Shown piece after piece: positions 56,561-64,000 of a stretch of DNA of 64,000 nt; the stretch's first letter is position 1; the number at the start of each line of letters is the position of its first letter. The stretch is taken from NCBI RefSeq assembly GCF_009914755.1, contig NC_060942.1; one strand, 5' to 3'. The notes under the pieces were generated by a model. That model worked only from the letters and a program-made list of their open reading frames with translations. It was not told the origin of the DNA and did not search any database. Source of the DNA: the human T2T-CHM13v2.0 reference genome, Homo sapiens. The position numbers and the translations under genes are program-made.

Positions 56561-58200
56561 GAAAATCAGTTGGCTGTAAATATGAGGATTTATTTCTGTG
56601 TTCTCTCTTCTGTCCCATTGGTCTATGTTTCTATTTTTATACCAATACCGTGTTGTTTTGGTTAGTATAGCCTTGAAATATAATTTGAAATCTGCTAGTG
56701 TGACACCTGCAACTTTGTTTTTTTGCTCAAGATTATTTTGGCTATTTTTGCTCTTGTTGGTTTCATACAAATTTTAGAATTTTTTTCCCATTTCTATGAA
56801 GAATAGCGTAGGCATTTTGATAGGAATTGCACTGAATCTGTGTATTTCTTTGGGCAGTATGGTGATTTTAATGATATAAACTGACCCATTCCGTAAGTAC
56901 AGGATGTCTTTCCATTTCTGTGTGTCCTCTTCAATGTATTTCCTCAGTATTTTGAAGTTTTCTTGGTAGAGATCTTTCACATTATTTTTTTGATGTATTC
57001 CTAGGTATTTTGTTTTTGTAGCTATTTTAAATGGAATTGACTTCTTGGTTTGAGTACCAAGAACATACACTGGGGAAAGAACCCCCTCTTTAATAAATTG
57101 TACTGGGAAAATTGGATATTTATATGCAGAAAAATAAAACTGGATCAGTCTCACATCACGTACAAAAGTCAACTCCAAATGGATGAAAGACTTACCTGTA
57201 GTATCCAAAACTATAAAACTACTAGAAGAAAACTTACGGAAAACACTTCAAGGCATTGGTATCGGTGAAGATTTTATGGCTAAGATCTCAAAAGCATAGA
57301 CAACTGTAACAAAAATAGACAAATGGGACTATAGTAAACTAAAAAGCTTCCATATAACAAAGGAAACAATCAACAAAGTGAAGAGACAACCTGTTGAATG
57401 TGAGAAAATATTTGCAAACTATTCATATGACAAGGGACTAATATCCAGAACACACAAGTAACTACACTCAAAAATGAATAAATAATCCTATTAAAAAGTG
57501 GGGAAAGGACATGAACAGACATTTCTTAAAGAAGACATAAAAATGGCCAACAGATGTGTAAGAAAATGTTCAACATCACTAATTATCAGAGAAATGCAAA
57601 TCAAAACCACAAAGAAATATTATTTTACCCTAGTAAGTTTGGCTTTTAATAAAGAGACAAAATAATAGATGCTGTTGAGGATATGGAGAAAAGGGAACTC
57701 ATATACACTGTTGGTGGGAATGTAAATAAGTATAATCACTATGGAAAGCAGTGTGAAGATTTCTCAAAAAACTAAAAATAGATCTGCCATATAATCTAAC
57801 AATCCCACTACTAGGTATTTATCCAAAATAAAAGAAGTCAGTATATCAAAGTGGCACCTGTACTTGCATGTTTATTTCAGCACTATTCATGATAACGAAG
57901 ATGTGAAATCAACCTAAGTGTTCATCAACAAACAAATGAATAAAGACAATGTGGTATATACACACAATGGAATACTATTTGGCCATAGAAATGTCATTAT
58001 GCCACTGCGAGCAACATGGATAGAACTGGAGGTCATTACGTTAAGTGAAATAGCCCAGGCACTGAAATACAAATACTTCATGTTCTCACTCACATGTGAG
58101 AGCTTAAAAACTTATTGTATACACATTTTATGCATGTAACAAATACTCACATGTACCCTATAAATATGTAAAATATTATCTCAGTAAAACAAAATTTAAA
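56561..58200 (+). mobile_element. L1MA-type insertion with a 5' inversion: inverted ORF2 segment 56561-~57052, sense segment ~57055-58200
   Basis: Minus-strand ORFs give L1 ORF2 peptides ('IPFKIATK..KYLGI..VKDLYQENFK', '[22 protein letters not shown]'). The plus strand continues '[19 protein letters not shown]' to an L1MA 3' end. Confidence 0.88.
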
Positions 58201-58239
58201 AAGATCAATTTTTTAATTAAAAATATTAATAAAAAATTA

Positions 58240-59395
58240 AAATATTGAAAATCACAAAAGAAGAGAAATGAGATTTTGAAAAGTATCAGGTTTATATGAA
58301 CACAAAAAATAGTAATTTAAAAAATGAAAATAATGATTAGGAGACTGATAATTTGATTTGAAGAAACTCTCAGAATATTTCAGAATGAGTAAAGCAATAA
58401 AGTAAGATTATGGATAAAATGGTTAGAATTCAGAGGCTTAACATAGAGTGCGAATCAATAATATAGATTGGAAGAGAGGCACTGTTTGAAGACATAATGA
58501 CTAAAACTTTTTTAGAACCAATGAAAAACAAGACTATCGGTGAGGAAGTATAATGGATTTCAAGTAGAATAGACTTTAAAAAAGTCATATGCAAGAAACC
58601 TTGCATTAAAATTCTGGAATGGCCAAAGATATAAAGAAGGCCTTAAAAGTAGTAAGAGAAAAATATCCTCTAAAAAGTGGTTTCTAGTACACTTCTTGGT
58701 GGCAACAGTAAGATCCAAAACACAGAGTAATAATATTTTCCACGTCTTGGAGATAAGCAACTGTTGATTTAGAATTGCTCATCCAGAGAAATTGTCTTTT
58801 AAAAATGGAAGATGAAATAAAGACAATCCCAAAGATCAAAAACTGGAAGAATTTAACATTGTTCTATTTTCACCAAAGGAATTTAAGTAAGATATACTTT
58901 GCCATGAATGAACATATCACCAGAACAAATGCCTGAGATGCAAGAATGCTGAAAAATATGATGCATCACATAGTAAATATAAATACACGTTTACCATAAT
59001 AGTAGACAATACTGTTGCTCTACTTTTTGTGATGAAAAAGGACATATATAAAATGAAAAAGTACATATATAAACTGTTAGAAAAAAATAACATGTATACT
59101 TGCAAAATATGATAGGAATTAGTGTTTCAGGGATTTATGTTATTCTGGGGAGGAAATGAGATATTCATTAAAGTTAAACAATGTCAAATATATATGGCAA
59201 TATTTCATGAGTAACCACTAAAAGAAAAAGTATAGCTTTCAGAAATCTGAAATTGTAGATAAAAAAAATAGTGGAGAAAACTAACGAAGCAAAAGATCAA
59301 CTAATACAAAAAATGCAAAGGAAAGAAGGAAAATTATGATAGATAAGAATCATAAATAATGCCTTAGGAATTAACACAAACCATCACAATCATAA
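58240..59395 (+). mobile_element. Old L1ME/HAL1 ORF1-like remnant
   Basis: 'tttgaagacataatgactaaaacttttttagaac', 'gaattgctcatccagagaaattgtcttttaaaaatggaagatgaaataaagaca'. Confidence 0.55.
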
Positions 59396-59826
59396 GAGAC
59401 ACAAAATGTACCACCTAGCTCCCCTGCAAAGAAAGACTCGCTGACCAGCTGTGAGGAGTGTGGTAAACAGACACAGTACCCACTAGCTTTCAGTTTATTC
59501 CTGCCTGGCATGAACTACAGAGCGCTACCAACCCAAAGCAACACGTTTCTTGCGCTGCCCACATCTGATGTCTGTGAGAGACAAATGCGGAAAAGCTCAG
59601 CCATTTTGCTTGTCTCCAGAGATGCCTGTCAGATTGGCTGAGGATGGTGGAGTCTGCATAACAGACTTCCTCCTTTTTTTCAAAGGAAAGGAGAGCCCAC
59701 ACTGCAGCCGTTGGTACCTGACAGGGTCTGAGAAACAGGATAGAAGAGGCTTTGGAGCTAGATCATGAGTGGCCAGTTTGTAATGAGGAGCTCCATCACT
59801 GCAAGTAGATGGGACACATAACTACG

Positions 59827-60015
59827 CTGGAATGAAGGGGTGGTCCCATTGTTAAAACCTTACCGGGAATGAAGGGGTGGTCCCCTTGTTAAAACCTTAC
59901 CCTGGAATGAAGGAGTGATCCCATTGTTAAAACCTTACCCTGGAATGAAGGGGTGGTCCCATTGTTAAAACCTTACCCTGGAATGAAGGGGTGGTCCCAT
60001 TGTTAAAACCTTACC
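59827..60015. repeat. Minisatellite, 38-bp unit x5
   Basis: Unit CTGGAATGAAGGGGTGGTCCCATTGTTAAAACCTTACC. Units 1, 4 and 5 are identical; units 2 and 3 carry 2-3 changes. Confidence 0.95.
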
Positions 60016-60708
60016 AATGGTGAATTGGGAGAACCTTTCTGTAGAAATGAATGCACTAGCAGGATTTTTAAATTGAAGAAGGAAATAGTAGGTATAAGAT
60101 AATGGGATTTGGTGCCTCTTACTAATCATCACTGATGCCCTTCGTAAAGACAAAGAAAGGCTGAAGGTAAATTACAGAAATAGAAAAGCAGTTTTGAAAA
60201 CCAGAGGGATGTTTTGTTGCAAAGAGTGCTCATCTCCTGCGAGGGCACGGCAAAGAAAGCCAAGGGTAAATTCCAGTATTTAATAATCCTAGTGACTGAA
60301 CACAAAGAACAGTGAAATCCCTGCCAAAGCAATTTTTATAGCAAATCTAGGGCTCTGGTTGTAAAAAACTGGGATGAAGACATAGGAGATGGAGATACCT
60401 GGGCAGATGCCCCCAATTATCTGGGCAGATGGCCCCTGAATGTTTTCAGACTACAAAAATGGTCCACACTTCTCTAAAAAGTCACCATTCTGGTTTCTGT
60501 AAAAGCCATTTGAACACTGGTATAAATACAGACGGATCCGAGGTCAAATTCAAGCAAACTCACACACCAGTTGCTGCTGACATTCAGATCTGACACCTTG
60601 GCTACAGCAGAAATAATATGGCCTCAGGTACAGAATATGTAGTCATTGAGATAATAAATATATTCTGTTTACTTCATTCTGAAAAGTGAGTTAGAAATAG
60701 TTTGCATA

Positions 60709-61032
60709 GGCTGGGTGTGGTGGCTCATGCCTGTATCCCAATATTTTGGGAGGCCAAGGCAGGCAGATCACTTGAGCTCAGGAATTCAAGACCAGCCTGG
60801 GCAACATGGCAAAACCTCATCTGTACAGAAAAAAATTAGCTGGGCATGGTGGCATGTACCTTATGGTTCCAGCTACTCGGGAGGCTGAAGTGGGGGAGGA
60901 TTGCTTGAGCCTAGGAGGCGGAGGTTTTAGTGAGCCGAGATCGGGCCACTGCACTCCCACTTGGATGACAGATTGAGACCCCTTCTCCCCACCCACAAAA
61001 AAATAAATAAATAAACAAATAAATAAATAAAT
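60709..61032 (+). mobile_element. AluJ
   Basis: J-type 'cacttgagctcagg' and 'ggaggattgcttgagcct', with a (TAAA)n tail. TSD AAATAGTTT(GC/TT)ATA at 60695-60708 and 61033-61046. Confidence 0.9.
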
Positions 61033-61639
61033 AAATAGTTTTTATAGCCATGGAATGGACAATCATACACATTTACAGTTGTGCCCACATGATATCCTGT
61101 CACCATAGCTAAGAAAGAAAGTCTCGTGTGTAGTTTTTTGTCCATTCCCTATCTATGAAAACGCCTTCTGACCCACTTTCCAGATGAAGACAGAGCAACA
61201 ACAACAAAACAGTGAGGCAGTACGTTGATTCTAATATGTGGAGCGAATTAGGAAAACAAGACACAGCTGGCATGCTAGAGCTGTTGGTGAGAGACGTGTG
61301 TTCTACATGGTGGAAATTAAACTGTACAAAGATTCAAAGGCTGAACACATCCATAAAATTTGGGGGGCTCCGGTGATCAGGCATTTGCTGGAATGTAGTT
61401 CCAAAGTAAAATAAAAACTACTGCGCTTTACTTCTCCCACCACAAGAAAAAGAAATATTTCTTCGTGCTTTGGGGATAAGATATAACACATCTAGGAATA
61501 CTTTGACAGCCTAAATGCCAAGTTTTGTGAAAGAAAGCCAGGTTTGAGTGAGGCCCAAAGCAGCAGGTGACAAAGGAAATAAATTGGAAATTTGTTACAT
61601 TAAGAGATCAAGAATGATCTCCAAATGTGTAAATGAAAC

Positions 61640-64000
61640 AACAGACTTTAAAATAACTCATGAGTCAAAGGAGAAATCACAAGAGGAACTTTAAGGTAGT
61701 TACAATTGGTTAAATTAAAAACACAGCACATCGAAAATGTTTACGCAGCTAAAATAGCGCCTACAGGGAAATGTATAGAACCATATGCTTATATTAGACA
61801 GTAGGAAAGATCTCACATCAGTGTTGCAAGCTTCGCTCTTCAGATAATAGAATTTGAAGAGCAAATTAAATACAAACAGCATATGTAAGAAAGCAATGAA
61901 GGTAGAAGCTGAAATCAATAACATTGATAACAAATATATGATAAAAGTAAATAAATACAAAAGTTGGTTGTTAGAAAATATATTTTAATACTTTGACAAA
62001 CTTTTAGCAAGAGCCTTTTTAGAAAAACAGAGAGAAGACAACATTTACAAATATCAGAAATGCAAAAGGAAATCTCACTCTAGATTTTACCAACACTCAA
62101 AGGTGAATAAAGAAATATTATGAATAATTCTAGGCACAAAAATTTGAACACTTATATGGCCATAAAGTGGGTCAATTTATCAAAATCTACAAATTACCAA
62201 AACTTGACTAAGATGAAATATATAAGTTGAATAGTCTTAGAACTAGTAATAATATTGAATTCATCAGATAAAGTCTTCCAAAAACTGAATCTCCAGGCCT
62301 GCAAGATTTCACTCGCAAATCCCAATGAATTTTACATAACCTCTTCCAAGCAGTAGGAAACTGAATACTTCCCAACTCATTTAACGAAGTCGGAATTATT
62401 CTATTAGGCAGACTTCTCTAGAAAAACAGAATCAGGAGGATATATAAAGATACATAGAAGGGATTTATTATAGGAGTTGTCTTATATGCTGTGAAGGCTG
62501 AGATGCTCCATGGTATGCCCACTACAAGGGGGAGAACCAGGAAGCCAGCAGTGTATTTCAGTCAAAGATGGAAAGCCTGGGACCCAGGAGCTCCGACACT
62601 TAAGTGTAGGAAAAGAAGGATGTGCCAGCTCAAGAAGACAGAGAGGATTTGCCCTTTCTGCATCTTTTTTTTTTTTATTTGGCCCTCTGTGGATTGGATT
62701 ATGCTCTTCCACATTGGTGAAAGTCAAACTTCTTTACTTGGTCTCCCAATTCAAATACTAAATTTTTCCAGAAACACCCTCACAGACACACCCAGAAATC
62801 ATGTTTACCAGCTCTCTGAGCATCCTTTAGCCCTCTCAAATTGACATATATAATTACTTATCACATTCTGATTCTAAAATCAGAAGAAAAAAAGAAAAAA
62901 GAAAAACCATGGCTTAATATCCTTCATGAACACAGAAAAAGCTCAATGAAATAATAGCAAATCAAATCCATCAATATTTAAGAAAATATTATATTACAAT
63001 CAATGAAGTTTCCCCTCAGAAATGCAGGTTTATTTAATACTAAAAAATTAATCAATTTAATCCATCCTACCAATAAAGTCCACATGATCTTATTAATTGA
63101 TCCAAAAATGACATTTAAAATATTCAACATCTATTAGTTATAAAATTTCCCAGCAGATAAGTATAAAAGAGAAATTCCTCAATCTAATAAAGGGCATCAC
63201 CCCAAAAAAACTATAGCTAATCTAATTTAATAGCGATGACTGAATTGCTTTTCCCAAAGTATAAGACGAAGATAAGATTATTCACTCTCATCACTCCTAT
63301 TCAAGTCAGTACAGAATTCTGAGGTAGTGCAGTAAGCCATAAAAATAAAAGATGTATTCATTATAAAGAAAGAATTAAAACTGTCCCTATTCACAGCAGA
63401 CATGACTATTTTTATGTAAAAAAATCCCAAGAAATGTATAAAAATTCTGCTAGAACTAATGTGAGTTTAGCAAGGTTACAGAATACAAGGTCAGTGCACA
63501 AAAATCAATTCTACATTCATATATTAGAAATAAGCCATTAAAACATGATTTTTAAAGGCAATATCACTTACAGTTACTCCAAAAAGAAGGAATAATTTTC
63601 CATATATCCAATGAAACATGTACAGGATCTGTATTCCAAAAAAACTACAAAACACTCAGGAAAGAAATCAAAAAATTTACATGTAACTGGAGAGAACTGA
63701 AGTGTTCACGAATTGAAAGATTCAACATAGAAACTATACAGATACTTTTCAAGGTGATACATTTAATTCAATTCCAAACATAATTCCAGCAGATTTTTTT
63801 TAACTGTACAGAAGTAATTTCTAAATTGTAATGGGCAGGCAAAGAAATTAGGATACCCAAAATAATTTTAAAATAAGAATTAATCTGAGGAGTCACATCA
63901 CCCAATATCAAGACATACTATGAAGCTATTGTAATCAAGACAGTGTGATATTGGTGAAGGCAGAATTGAATAGATTCTATTCAATAGAACAGAATAGGGT
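61640..64000 (+). mobile_element. Old L1M ORF2 remnant running off the window end, interrupted by MLT2
   Basis: 'aaaataactcatgagtcaaaggagaaatcacaag', 'atacttcccaactcattta', 'ctagaactaatgtgagtttagcaaggttacagaatacaaggtca'. Many stops and frameshifts. Confidence 0.85.
62400..62864 (-). mobile_element. MLT2 (MLT2B/C-like) ERVL solo LTR
   Basis: 'ttctctagaaaaacagaatc...gatttattatagga...aggctgaga...ccagaaacaccctcacagacacacccagaaat...aaattgacata...tatcaca'. Confidence 0.85.

Larger units (their letters stand above)
59407..61570 (+). mobile_element. ERVL remnant: LTR16A-like LTR (to ~59700), gag-like region, and RT fragment (~61215-61570)
   Basis: LTR16-like 'ctcccctgcaaagaaagactcgctgaccagctgtgaggagtg'. 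RT-like 'tggaaattaaactgtacaaagattcaaaggc...ttccaaagtaaaataaaaactactgc...ctcccaccacaagaaaaag...tttgagtgaggcccaaagcagcag'. Confidence 0.65.

Noticed and set aside
56471-57268. ORFs with clear L1 ORF2 similarity
   Set aside because: Fragments of a truncated, inverted and frameshifted L1; not a functional CDS.
59827-60015. 38-bp repeat array as a CRISPR array
   Set aside because: The units are head-to-tail with no unique spacers, there are no cas genes, and the DNA is human.

Overview
This is AT-rich human genomic DNA. Species is inferred from a full-length AluYa5 matching the consensus as I recall it; LTR12, THE1 and MER4 elements are also primate-type. It looks like a gene desert or deep intron of a large gene. 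I can support no protein-coding gene, RNA gene or CRISPR array. The short ORFs are either chance ORFs or decayed transposon reading frames (Alu, LTR12, L1 ORF2, ERVL pol). Much of the window is layered retroelement debris: old L2, MIR, L1M and ERVL/MaLR, with younger LTRs and Alus nested inside. Subfamily names come from recalled consensus sequences, and boundaries without a stated TSD are approximate. The most notable items are: (1) a CpG-rich solo LTR12 with its NF-Y/TATA promoter retained but its poly(A) signal mutated; (2) a young AluYa5, possibly polymorphic; (3) a 140-bp near-perfect palindrome that appears to come from template switching in a TA/CA microsatellite; (4) a 38-bp x5 minisatellite inside an ancient ERVL; (5) a twin-primed L1; (6) two MaLR LTRs back to back that appear to share one target site. 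I did not find a convincing new biological system.
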